64,000 bases of DNA from Mytilus edulis (lineage: Eukaryota). Within the stretch, counting starts at the first letter, position 1. The number at the start of each line of letters is the position of its first letter. The notes under the pieces are model-generated. The model was not told the origin of the DNA. It searched no databases and saw nothing but the letters and a program-made list of their open reading frames with translations. Below are positions 1 to 13,904 of the stretch, one piece after another. The DNA lies in NCBI RefSeq assembly GCF_963676685.1, contig NC_092347.1:66650001-66714000 (forward strand), written 5' to 3'. The translations under genes were made by a program, and so were the position numbers.

Positions 1-3000
1 AATCCAACACCCGATATCTTAAAATAAATTTTATAAATAGAATGTATAGTTTATAAAATCGTTTTAAGATTGGTGATGTTTCAGGATAAAGCGTGCGACA
101 TTCTATAGGTAGTCGAGATCGTAATATTCCACCGGTATGATGTTATATTTAAGTGCAAATTATTTTTTATAAAACGTTTCACACTGTAGCCATTTTAATC
201 TATAAACTCTGACACTTATATGTTAATGTCAGCTGACGAATGTTCTCTACGAAACAGAAAAGTACACAATTACAATGATATAATGCAGAAAAAAGGGGAT
301 AATATATGTTATGTCATCTGTTCGTATTGCTTTAACGCCTTTTTAAACTTGTCTGTCTTGATTAGAAAATTTCAAAATAGAAAGCCATAAATAAAGACAA
401 CAGTAGTATACCGCTGTTCAAAACTCGTAAATCTATGGACAGAAAACAGAATTGGGGTAACAAACTAAAACTGAGGGAAACGCATTAAATATAAGAGGAG
501 AACAACGACACAACATTAAAACAGATAAACAGGAGTGCAAATATAATTATTTGGTTGTGAAATTGGAGTACAAAGTACGACAAATACTTACTGTATATAT
601 ATATTGCTTATCACAAATGGGTAATCAATCGATATGATAATAACTGGCCTAATGGAATAATATACATTATACGTTCCAAGAAGTCCATACAGCTTACCTT
701 TCAAGCTAAGACATTCTCGTTTTGGGTTCCTATAAAAAAATAAAAGTCACAAAAGTACTGATTTCCGAGGAAAATTTAAAACGGAAAGTTCCTAACCAAT
801 TGGCAAAATCAAAGGATAAAAAATAATTTTAAGATATGAATTTTCGACACATCTTTATCAGTTAATGTCTTTATATTAAAAACCGTTTTAACAGATATGA
901 GATACATCAGAATGGAACAATGCAAAGTACAAGCTGATATATTGTAGCGACTGACAATTAAATAAACACTCCTAAGTCAGAATTCAAATGTACAGTAGTG
1001 GTCGTTTGTTTATGTAATTTATACGTGTTTTTCGTTTCTAGTTTTTTATATAGATTACACCGTTGGTTTTCCCGTTTGAATGGTTTTACACTAGTAATTT
1101 TGAGACTCTTTGTAGCTTGTTGTTCGGTGTGAGACAAGGCTCCGTGTTGAAGGCCGTACATTGACCTATAATGGTTTACTCTTATAAATTGTTATTTGGA
1201 TGGAGAGTTGTCTCATTGGCACTCACACCACATCTTCATATATCTACTCATACCACATCTTCCTATACCTAGTCTAATAATTGTGTAAAGCAATATTTCT
1301 CGTTCGTCTGCATTTGATAAAGCAAGCCGCAGTTGCTGCTTGCCAATTTCACGCACATTTTATTTAGACAATATTGCATAATTGTTGATGGTTAGAAACA
1401 CATGATCAAACATTATTAGGTCATTATATATATATGAATAATACATTTTTATGAGGTTTATCAACACTATTCATTGTGGGAACATGAGATACATAACGGA
1501 TACCGTTTGTAACGTAGCAGACTGCGGAAATTAAAACTTCAGTCATTTCATAAGTTACGTCACAGGTTTCCTGAAATTTCCGGCTTCTGATTTCACATTT
1601 TACCGTCTGCACGAGAAACACGTGACGCTAAACCTTTATTCTTATTTGATATTTCCATATTGATTTCAAATTTCCAATTTAAAGAAGACCATAAAAAAAT
1701 TGCCATATGAAATTGTTGAACAGGACTATGAAACCCAATCGCAAATTTTTTTCTCGAAATTGCCTTTTATTATTGATAAGTTTTTCAACCATAGGGTCGA
1801 TTCTACTAATGATTGACATTTCGTCCCTAAGAACATTACCAACCAAGCATCCAAAACTGTTGTGTTCACACGAATTATCATTTATATGTATTATTTTTTT
1901 TGTAAATTTACTGAGTTATTCGAAATACATAGGTGTTTTCATCCCCAGGCATATATTGCCTTAGTCATTGAACTCTTTACAATTTTTTATGCTCTCCTCT
2001 TTAATTTTGTTTTTGATTTGGTCTTCCAAATATTCTTATTTGAGTGCCTATAGTGAGTCTAATGAAGACAAAACCCGCGTTTGCCGTAAAAAATCAAAAG
2101 TTTGGTATCTTCGATTTTAAAGATTTTAGATATGCATGTTGATGCTTTGAATATATTAACCTTATAAAATCGTACGGTGGTTGACAAATCATTAAGGATA
2201 TACCGTGCGACATCCATTTGCTAATAGAGGTCGCAATAACCCTTCATTTGACATTTGGTATTGTTCTGTATTTTTTCAATCTCATTCGGATTCGTTCTGA
2301 TTCTGATAAATGTTTTACTCAGTTATATTCGGGGTTTTATATTTGTTTTGGTGCTGCAACGTTATTGTAAATATTACAAATATCAAATGCAGATATAAAT
2401 TATATAATGTGTAAACGTTAATATTACAATAAACAATTAAGAGAAAACACACCAATATCATCCTTTAATGGCAAAATTAAAATGAAATTGAAATAAAAAG
2501 AAAAAACAGAAAACAAAAAAAAAAATAGACATTTTCCGATGATCGCTAATTTGGTCATATATTTATATCAAAACAAGTTATATGGTATATCATATGTATC
2601 ACAAATCTTATTTTGCGTATGAATTAATATTGAGGAAATACCTTTGAAGTTTTACAGACACCATTATAACTTACCTGAACGTTTCTACTAATACAGATGA
2701 CCACAAATACGTTCCATGTGTCTTAGCATTGACACCTTCATCCTCTCATTGTAAATACTTATCACGAACTCGATTAATCTCTGGATTTTACCCACCATCC
2801 GAAACACGACAGGTGCTACTAGTTGAGCAGACATTTTACTCCGGAGGGCCTAATTTCACCTTTATGTTTATTAAGATGCGTTTGTTTTGATTTTGACATT
2901 CTTTTAGTAGTTTAAGTGGGATGTATTATTTTTTTATGTCTGTGTTGTGTTGGTAGGAAATGGTTATTTCTATCCTTTTTCTTGAAACTACAACCAACAT

Positions 3001-6000
3001 TGTTATTTCAGAAGGTCACATTCATCTTTGTTATCAGTTTCTCTGTCTTTATCTTCATGATGATAATATATCAGTTTTCTACATACTAAGACATTATATC
3101 TCATTGCTGAAGGCCGTATGACGACCTATAGTTGGTAATTTCTGTGTCATTTGATCTCTTGTGGAGTGTTGTCTCATTGGCATTCATACCACATCTTCTA
3201 ATTTTTAATGAATATACTAATATATCTAGTTATGTCAATAACTGTTTCCTGGAAAATAATTTCTTGCTTTTATAAAGAGGAATATATAATTGAATTCAAT
3301 AAATGTCAATATAAATCTGCAGTGTTGGTTTTTAAAAAAGTAATTTTATTTTAGATACATATAAACTAGGATAATTCACATCGGTAAATCTTCAATAATT
3401 GATATTCATTTCAAAGATAGATCCAACTTATGCAATAGACTTGTTTCCTTCATAATTATAAAACATCTGCATTATTAGAAATCAGATTAACAGATTTGCC
3501 AAACTCCAAGACTCCGTTATGTAATAACTATATAATACATGAAAATGAAAATCGATACAATAAAAAGATGTTATATAATCTTAGTTACATAGACTTTATT
3601 TATTATATATAGATACTGTCATTCAGGGTAATGATTTTCAAGCGATGCTAATAAGGGGATACAGTTAAAAGGGTCGTGTCCCTCGAGTCGAATGAAATAC
3701 TAAGTAAAGAAAAATATATTCTCTATTTCGATCTTTATCATCAAAACGCAAAATGTATTAAACGTAACCCGAATAGTTTAGGCGTTATATTCCGCTTCGA
3801 TTGCTATGGATATAGGTATCAAGTTTTATATTTGGTAGTTCTCCCATAATTGTCTTTCTAGTGGATGCTGTGAAAGGTTAACTATTTAGTGGTCGTATAA
3901 GTTTTTTTACAATGTATTTCAAAATAAGTAAACCATGAACAAAAGAACGAGAGAAATTAGACTCATCTGCAGTTTTCTGGATGTTCACACGGCTCACAAA
4001 ACAGAATGCAGAAGAACATTTTCATGGGTCATTCATATTTTGTTAGAAATATATGTGTCGATAATATACGCAGATGAATGTATTTCACGTTTAAACTAAT
4101 GGTTTTTTTTTATAAATTCAATTTTATAGATAAAAGCATTGACCCGAAACTGAAAAACTCACAAGTACGAATTTTTATATAAAAATAAAGATGAATAAAT
4201 TTACTATCAATACCGAATTGTCCGATAAAGAAGTGTATAGATGCTAAGAGTTTCTAAAACTATTTACTAGGTATGAACTTATCACTGAAAGCAAACTTTT
4301 CCTCTTAAATAGACAAATATTTAATGGTATTTAATAGTAATAATGAGTCCTTCAGACAAAATAATGGTTTACCCCCAAATAATGTATTTGAAACAGGTGT
4401 AAGAGCTGTAATCAAGAATTACCATACATTGTCTTGAAATGTATACTAGTTTCGTTTTGTATATGAAAACATTTATTTACTGGCTGTTCAAGCAAGAGCA
4501 AGGTTATGGTTATTGTCCCCATTGACGCCTATTGTTTCCCTCGACAAAATATCTTCTTTATACAATGTAGAGGCAAATCCAGAGAACTACAATGTACATA
4601 GTGTTGCCCTAGAAAATGTTAACATCAGACAGAAACAGATTGATAACAATTGTTATTGTATTAGACGACAATCCTCGAGGTTAAAATGTTAAAAATCAAA
4701 AACAAGTCTGATGTTAAAATCAATTCAACAATGGCATTTTGAAATGATTATGTTCTATAGCAAGAAAATTCCTCAAGGAACACATCATCATTCAACGACA
4801 TTTAATTCATGCCTTTCCCTAAAGTCAAATAAAATATTTGTCAAACCAAAATATTCAATTACATAATTGCTTTGTTTTTTGCATTTGATAAATCTACAGG
4901 AAATAATTTCGGTTGTTATGGTGACAGATATGGAAACACTGTTGTTTTCACATGTACTTGTTTACAACACAATACTCTTTTAGAGTTATGTCAGGTCTAA
5001 TTGATGTCCGTTATATCCTTATCATCTCTATAAATACCATTTTTTTACTATTTTAGATGTGTTTGTTTCTATTCTAAACGTAATTTGATATACTTAAAGC
5101 CATGCTATTTTAGTTTTGACTACACAATATGTCTTTTATATAATTGGAGATACGGAACCAGGTGTTTTGTTCACTCCCTCTCGAATTTAAAAGTAGAATG
5201 ATAAATGTGAATCGAATTTGTTGACTTTGAATATTTATAATTGGTATTGCGTAAGTTGTATTCCCACCCCAACCGCAAAATTGCTTTGGGTTTATCAATT
5301 TATAAACTTGGTGCCAGTGCGTCACAAACTTAGTTTCCAGCATGACAAATGTGAAACAATTCAAGAGAGAACACAACGACCTGAGGCACCTTAAACAAAA
5401 AATACAAAGCAAATTTAGCAACATCAACAAACGCCAACCAGTGAACTAGAGGCAAATTAAGAATGGAGCGGGGTAAGACATACTTATGAACGCTCTATCC
5501 GCCCTGACCTATTAAAGCGCACAAAGTTAACCTATTTTACCAATTAATTCGTTGTTGTCAGTACAAAAATATGAGTTTGAAACCGTTTAAAAACTATGTG
5601 TAGGTTTAAGTATTTCACGTTTTAATTAAAATCTTTTGACTAAAATAAAATGTCATCCGTTTACTGTCATGTTGTTAAATTGTAGTTTAAACTGCCTGTA
5701 CTTAGTCGTTCACATTTAAAAAATAAAATATTTTAATGCCTTGTGTTTTTTTGTGTGGAAGTATCTCCTTAAAAGACATTTTTCATGCCAGATGTGCTAT
5801 CGGAATTCTTTGTTCATGCGTTTATTTGTATTGTATTCCTGTCACGTAATGTTGTCTTTTTAGCGGTATTTTGCCATATAAGCAGGAGATTTTGCTAGCC
5901 ATAAAACGAGGTTCAACCCAGCATGACAATGTCTAACAATGTCTTGTACCAAGTCACGATTAACAATTCACGATTCAAGATTTTTATTTTCTAATCATGG

Positions 6001-6499
6001 GCCCTCAAGGGGCATATACACAAAATATAACAGTTTTACATTAATTATAATGGCATAACAAATTATTATTCAGCACTAAAAATGAAGCAAACAATATATT
6101 GTATAATATTTTCATGGCGCAATACATATTTAAATAAGCATACAGTGGGAAGGTTTTCTAAAATAAAGTCACTTAATTTCAAAGTAATTTTTGTATCTTT
6201 CATAGTCATTAACCATATAACTTTGTTAAGTTTGAAAAAGATGGACATTCAAGTCAGTAATATGACAGTTGTTATCTATGTACGTGTATGTTGGCGGGTT
6301 TTTTTTGTCTCACATTTTATCAATCAAACATAAATGCATATTTGATCACTACGCGGATAATTAGAGACCTACCACAAACATGGGAAGATTTCAAGTTCTG
6401 AAGGTTTAATAACTCCTTTGTTGCTTATGAGATCCGGAGACAATTCTTATTCGGTAATGTGTGCGATAAACGAGAAAACGAGGACAGGAATTTAAATAA

Positions 6500-6720
6500 T
6501 ATACAAGTGGATCATATCTATAGTCATCTTATGCCGGTATTGCTTAACGATCAACAAACATATTATGTGACTTCCATAACGTATTCAAATAGATGACTCT
6601 AGCCTTACCATTATGAACTCTAGGTTTAAAAAATTCCCGTAAAATACAACCCTCTATCAGCCTTGTATTATCGTATTAAACATGAAGATATATACTTTCA
6701 AAACATGTGCTGTTTGAATG
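6500..6720 (-). pseudogene. Heavily decayed Penelope-like reverse transcriptase C-terminal fragment
   Basis: Frameshifted minus-strand translation gives VYI...DRGLYFT..LNLEFIMVRLESS, resembling the bivalve PLE motif DRGLLLTRKLLNQEF..VKLKSS as I recall it; a similar remnant (LKFYRHHYNLPER) lies at ~2644-2682 (+). Confidence 0.4.
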
Positions 6721-8440
6721 TTCTTAAAACATTTGAATTTTCTGATATTGGTACCAATTTAAAAAACATTGGTAACAACATCCAAAACGAAATAAGTTGT
6801 TAAGAACCACATTAAGAACCGCTTGTTGAGGAATTTGTACTGACAATTCACTTCGAATATATATTGTAGCGATACTGCCAGAAAAAGACTATGCAAGAGA
6901 ACAAAAGTATTACAAAAATACCACATCCTAAGTCAAATTCGTTAGGAAAAGACCACAAAAACTGCCAAAAACAAACGCTTTCAATCAACAAAACATGTGA
7001 AAAACAACTACAAGCCAATCTCATATGGATATAGGTACATGAGGACGAGAAGAAAATCACTATTTGTCACATAAGAATTTCGACTGTTTGTTTTCAAAAA
7101 TTATCAACGATCTTGAAAATGTCAAACTTCAAAGAACTTAAAATAAGAGTAGATTTTTGATTGATATATATAAAATGTTTCCCTTATTACAGCAAAGTGT
7201 GTGTTTCTACGTTGGGTTTAAGTCAGGAAACAACACAGGCATTCATATTTATACAATTACTGGATGATTGAATGTAAATATATTTTCTTCGACGACCCTA
7301 TAAGGAAAAAACAGCATCTTCCTGTAATCTTTGTGGTAAATCTAAACTTTTGATTACAATTGCTGATTGTTCTGAAGAAAAGAAAGGCATTCTTTTATGC
7401 TGAATCAATATAATCATGAACGATTAAGAGAGATGTGCCTACAGGAACTCGTTAAAGTTTCTGTCAAATTATATAGAAAATTATAATTAGAGCAATCTCG
7501 CATAATTATGAGGGACAAAACCTGATTTAAACATGCCTGGTATCTAGAATTAGATACCCTTTAATATGTAGATGATTTAAAGGCATGCCTAGATCTAGAT
7601 GGTTAATACTTTAGCAGATATAATTGACATTTTACCAACGTCACAGTTTTCTAAAATTAATGTTACAATGTTTACTTATTAAACTGGAAATAAACCAATA
7701 ACGAACTAAATAATCCGCACAGTCATGATGAATTTGTTAAGATAAAGTTAAAATGAAGACGAAGGACTCGAAAGAAACAAGTTCGGGTCGAATTACGAAC
7801 CAGAAAAGGGAGTCGTCTTCATTGAAATCAATATCATACTTTTCTCCCTTTTTGTACGTTTTCTTAATAACCTAACATGGGCCTTCGAATTACAGTTACT
7901 ATATAAAGGATATAACCTAGTAAATGTACTTAACGTCATAAGGCCTTCCGAAAACAATAAGTAAAACTCATACCTTATTGTAGGCTTTAAAAGTCTCAGG
8001 AATGACTAAATGGGAAAATGAATCAAAAGAGAAAACTAGTTACTTGATGCATGACAAAACTGATATAGCTGACATCAACAAAAGACAACCATTGAAACGC
8101 ATACTGAAACTTTGAAAAAAATAAGGTGCTGGAGTTAACATGTTTATGAAAATTTATACATTTCACGTAGAACATAACGCAACGTAAGAATAAACTGAGT
8201 TAAGGATAAAACTCATCAGATATACACAAAACACACAAAAATTTAACAAAAAAATACATAACTAGCAGTTACGAAAAGCTAGTGTAGACAAATTTCATTA
8301 ATTTATATTTAATAAATCGGAATTTTCAGAGAGGTAAACTTAAATCAATACATAAGGATAAAGTGTTAAGATGTCATGAAAAGTATGAGAAATACTTGAC
8401 CTTGAGCAATGCCAAAAGAGAAGTACCGATATGAATATAT

Positions 8441-8713
8441 ATAGTTATTAAAGGTACCAGGATTATAATTTAGTACGCCAGACGCGTGTTTCGTCTACAA
8501 AAGACTCATCAGTGACACTCAGATCAAAATAGTTATAAAAGATGAAGAACCAATAGTTACCATAATTGTAGCCATATATATTAAGTAGGATCTTTAACTT
8601 TGTACTTATTTGGCTCTCTAACTATTTTGATCTGAGCGTCACTGATGAACCATATGTAGACGAAACTCTCGTATGTCGTATCAAATCATAAGCCTGGTAC
8701 CTTTGATAACTAT
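8441..8713. repeat. Inverted pair of hammerhead-bearing repeats (arms ~8441-8535 and ~8619-8713)
   Basis: atagttattaaaggtaccagg... pairs with ...cctggtacctttgataactat; the right arm has a decayed HHR (ctgatgaacc...gacgaaac). Confidence 0.8.
8475..8518 (-). ncRNA. Type I hammerhead ribozyme (core intact)
   Basis: Reverse complement reads gtgtca-CTGATGA-gtct(tttgt)agac-GAAA-c(acgc)g-TC-tggcgt. Confidence 0.85.
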
Positions 8714-11700
8714 TATGAAACAAAATCAGTCATTCATGCATTCAAAAGTAGCGTGCCCTTTAACAGAATCACCTTAAAAATAGGAGTTGATGCCGATATC
8801 TAGGTTGTATAATATTTCAGCATGTACAGATATACTTCCAACAAATTTATTAAAATCTTTGCAAGAATTTAGTTTTAGTAATTAACGTAACGAAATCACA
8901 GAATGTTTAAACAATTCACCAGTTATATCAAGATTACTTCCATTTAAAAAAAAATCTAAAATATCCAAGGACAGAAAACAGTCGAAAGCCTGTCAATATA
9001 TATTTGTTCCGCCTAACAGAAGTTCTACTGGAAACTTTGTTATAAACAATGTCATCATACCTATTCCTATTGGAACATATATTCTATACTATTTATTCCG
9101 TTAGGAACATATACAGTAATATTTATTCCTATGGAAATAATATTCCAGAATATGTTTTCCTTTTGGAACTAATATTATTCAGCTGTCCCCTGCATGCATA
9201 TATACACTTAACTAAGTCATGTGTGTACGTTTTGTATAATAATTACGAATCGATAATGTTTTATCGATAAATAATAGTTCAGTCAGTGATTGTTGATCGC
9301 AGGCTTATAGTCTTTGGAGTGTGTTGCCGATGTTTATCGAACCGTAATATTGATAATACAGAAAGCATGGTGCACGTAACACATATAAAGTGAATTGATA
9401 AAGCATTGATGTTTTATTTTTACTTTGTCCATGCATTCCCATTTGTTAACTCAACTTTTCCTTAACAGGTGTGTAATGATTTGTTGTATTAAACTGTTTT
9501 AACGAGAGGTCTCGAAGTTAAGGTCACTGCATACGAGAGAATTTCGACGAATAAGTGTACAGGAAGACAATAATTAAATAACAGTACATTTAAGATTTTG
9601 ATAATATACAGGATTTTTTCACGTACAATTGTTTTATAGTGAAACTCCATTCAAGTATATAAAACATGCTAAACTTTTTTTTTAATTTGAAGTTGCATAT
9701 GACTTTAATTCAAATCATTTATATGGAATTCAATGCCAACCTATGCAAAAGTAAATATGACTGCAAAACTAAATCGAACATCATTTTATTCAATATCAAC
9801 CTGAACATCGAGTGTTTATTTCTCGTTTAATAACTGCTTAGAGCTTTACAGCAACCCTTTCAGTAGCACACATTATTCTCTTAATTTCTTGTCTCCTGTT
9901 GGTTTGTGTAGTTTAAGTGTCATTCCGACGACGAGTGACTAGATCGGATATGGCCTACATTTTTCTGCATTCATGACTTTTGGCTGTGACCAAGCTCTCT
10001 CTTGTTAACGATGAAGTCGACTTCGCGTTAGGTTTGTCCCCTCCGTAAAATATTCGGTATGCCTTCGGAATATCTTACTCGTTAAAAAACGGTCGGGTTT
10101 CAGTCTAACTTAAATGATAGCTTCCACTCGACTATTATTTATCGACATGGTATGTGGGGTGTGTAAATGTCTTAAATTGTCAGAAAACAACTCTGATGAA
10201 ACATTACCATATATCATGTGGGAGGAAATACAACTTTTGCATATATTATTGTTGTTTTGTTAAGATGTTCTGTAAAAGAAACACCAGAAAATGTATTAAA
10301 AAATGGATGTGGGTTAGAATCTCAAATGCCATTTAAGATAAAAACACAAAGGAAAATTTGTAGAAAAATGGAGATCCTTTGATCTTTGATGGATAGTTTT
10401 CCTGTCAGCAATCATTCTATTCCCCTGAAAAAGATAAATCTTTCAATGTAGCAGAATATGATAAACTATTTCATGATTACTGCAAGATTGCAGGTAATCT
10501 TCTTTTTCATAACAATTATTTATAATTTAATTATACATTATATTGCAAATATCGTTCATAGTAACCATTCACATGTAAGCGTTTGAAAACTCTTTACTCA
10601 AATAACTACTTCATGAACATATAGCAAAAACTTTATACACTAGAAGAAATTACAGTGAAATATTAAGACAATGACAAAATATTCTTTTGCCATTCAAAAC
10701 CATTCAGAAGATAACTGCTGAAAATCTCATGAATGAAAATATTGTTGATGGTTATCTTTGTGTTTTTTCTTTGCAAAAAATTCTCTGTCCTTGAAGGAAG
10801 AAGGGATAATAATATGTGGCAAAGAGTAATTACTTCCCTAATCAAATAAAAGACGTAGAAGTAGTTGATTGACATCTCTAATACTGTAAACACAAACTCA
10901 GCCATGCTGAAAACAACCACGTGTCAGAAATGAGTTAAGACAAATCAAACAAAGATCGAAATACGGATGATCATCAATCAAAATATTCGGAAAAAATGAA
11001 TCGGTGAATTGATTGTATTTACGGAAACTAAATCATTAAATAAAAGGGAAAGTGTGTCTCAAGAGAGAGGCAAAGTTCAGGCCAAATACTTAAAGCGAAC
11101 CAAGGACTCGGACTGGGAGATTGCACATAATATTTCTGAACTAATAGAAAATCGGCTTTCATGAATATTTTAATACGTTTGAATTAACAATGAGGATATT
11201 TAATAAATAAAAACTATATCAAAGGAGTATATCTTTAATAGATGTTCAAACTTTGATCTTGATTGAAAACGACAAGAGGAAATATGCTGATAACACTAAT
11301 TGGTAAGGTCTTTTTCAAAAATGACTACATTGCCAAAATTCTTTAAACCATTAGTAAATAGCAGATGTTCAATTTCAAAATGTCAGTTTACAGTATATAA
11401 ATGGCATTCCAAGAATATGAATTGAAAACCACAAGGGTTGTTGATTACACAATATTGGTACCATTTTTTTCAACAACAAAAAAATAAGTAAAGTAACAAG
11501 AGCACTAAACTCTAAGGAAAAATCAAAGTTAGTGGAATGTCCCTTATCAAATAGCAAAATCAACAGTTCAAACACACCAAACGGACCTAAAACTACTGTC
11601 ACAAATTTCTGACTATCTGTTTGAGAATTATGCTTCAACACTATGCGAGTAGAAGATAACATGTAAGGTATCCGCTTTTTCCCTTCTGAAGAAATATCGC

Positions 11701-12653
11701 AACATTTTGCACTTCGTATAATCCATCAATTATTCAAACAAAACATATGGCACATTTAAGCAGACTTTTGGTTGCAAATACCATTTTTTGTTCTTACTTC
11801 CTCATAACATTTTTCATATTTTGTAATCCGGTACTTCTAGCTAATAACAAATAATTGTGTGTTAGGTACAAATTGTAAGCAGTTTTTGCCTTACAAAAAT
11901 TTTAAAGGACAGAAACAGACTTTAGATACTCAGCCCGATTATTCCTTATCTGCATCCAATAATAATCTCGTATCGGGTGTAATAAATATCCTACGCAACT
12001 GATTAATGAAAGTAATCCTAATGCAGTTATATGTACATTAAAATAATCGGAATTCAATCACAGAAAAACAATCAAGGTTTACTGGTCAATATAGCTGATA
12101 ATCTATAGGCAATTGAATTGAGGTCATGATAAGGTCATGAATTATTAAAACAGTGGACCAAGAATTAATAAAATCAATGTTCACACACGAAAAACGGCAC
12201 CATAATCAAATTATATGAAACATGAAGGTTTTGAGTATGTGGGCAATCGATTTAACCAGTGTTTGTTACTCAATGCAAATGAACTATTCAGACCTGCTTT
12301 AATACAACATTCATCTTTTATCACACCATAGCTTGAATCATTCTAAATGTGCAACAAGACTATAACCGAAGAAGGAAATCGTTAAGTTTTCATTTCCATA
12401 AAGGTTGAAATACTTTTAAATGACCTACATTTGTATTAATGTTTGGCCATTCAAAGACACTGCTCCGTGAAACATTTAAAACGTATTGTAGATTACTGCT
12501 ACCACCCTTTTAATTTCTATAGCTTGGACTGAGATTCTTTTACAAAACATATTCATTTGTTTATCCAATGTGCATAAAAGTTGTTGGGCATCAACCCATT
12601 TTGATTTGAACAATACAACATCATATAATGTTATGTTCGAGAAGGTTAACCTG

Positions 12654-13325
12654 GTGCGTCTGCCGTAAATATAAAATTTTCAATTATGAGGCTCCCACAG
12701 GGGTACCCCCCTCAGGTCGCAAGGTCGTTTTTAAATTCGTCGAGAGGTCGTTTCTAAGGGAAATGTACAGGTTGCAGGTAGTTTTTTCCCAACACAGAGG
12801 ACGGAAGTCGGTCGGAGGTCGTTTTTTCCAAATTTTACAGGTCGCAGGTCGTTTTTAGAAGGCCCTCAGGTCGGAAGTCACCTCTAAAAAGCCCAGAGGT
12901 CGCAGGTCGTTTTTTACCCTGCGGGAGCCTCAATTATGGTATCTATGATGAGTTTATTTACAACCACTGGGTCGATGCAACTCCTGGTGGAATTTGAATT
13001 CCCCGATGGTATCACCAGCCTAGTATTCAGCACTTATGTGTTGACTTGAGTTATCATTGATATGTTCATAATTATAAATTAAATATAAACACAACTTTGA
13101 ATTTATGAAATACTAAGGCCTTTCTACCTCAGGAATAGATAACCTTAGCTGTATTTGGCAAAACTTTTAGGAATTTTTTATCCTCAATGCTCTTAAACTT
13201 CGTACTTCATTTGGCTTTTTTAACATTTTTTGATTCCAGCGTCACTGATGAGTCTTTTGTAGAAGAAACGCACGTCTGGCGTAAATATAACATTTTAATC
13301 CTGGTATCTATGATGAGTTTATTTA
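12654..13325 (+). mobile_element. Retrozyme-like unit (~366 nt) interrupted by a MITE; hammerhead at 13239-13282
   Basis: HHR 3' half at 12654-12680, MITE 12689-12930, unit body 12939-13238, HHR with stem II closing-pair mismatch (agaa instead of agac). Confidence 0.8.
12689..12930. mobile_element. MITE, 242 bp, with 8-bp TSD and internal AGGTCG array
   Basis: TIR aggctcccacagggg / accctgcgggagcct; caattatg on both sides (12681-12688, 12931-12938); about a dozen (a)ggtcg motifs inside. Confidence 0.88.
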
Positions 13326-13904
13326 CTTCCATATGGTTAAAGTAGCATGCTACAAGTTATAAACCATAATTTCAAGGAGTTTGTGTGGTTCAAAATATAT
13401 CCTCTGGAATCAAAACATTGACCGAATTTAAGCATATTAATTGGTGCTTATGACTTGACCTTCAACTTAAATATTAAAATTGGTTGTCTAACCTCATGAG
13501 GTATTGGAACAAGATGCTGTTTATGACTCTTAAAGAAATTGTCAGGAAATGTGTGTGGCTGGAAGCTAAGAAGACATTCATCATATCATAAACTAAGATT
13601 CATTCAGTGCATAGTCTGTTTATTGCAGGTGATCTGTGCGACATACAGTTTTCGGCTCTATGGTCGGGTTTTTGTCGCTTTGACACATTCCCCATTTCCT
13701 TACTAAATTTTATGTTATATGTTTTCTTTTTCAAAATTTATCCATAATTTATCTTCCTACAACTTTTTAATTACACAACAACTGATAAAAACTAGACACA
13801 ATTTATGAATTTCGAACAGCGGTATACTACTGTTGCCTTTATTTATGGGCTCAATCTCCACTCTGAAGAAACATCATTATAACAAAGTCATAGAACTATC
13901 TTTG

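Noticed and set aside
232-256. CTGACGA...GAAAC hammerhead-like match
   Set aside because: No credible stem II, no NUH site, no stem I.
9900-10155. CpG-richer patch ending ATG|gtatgt as first exon of a + strand gene
   Set aside because: No downstream exons or open frame could be linked.
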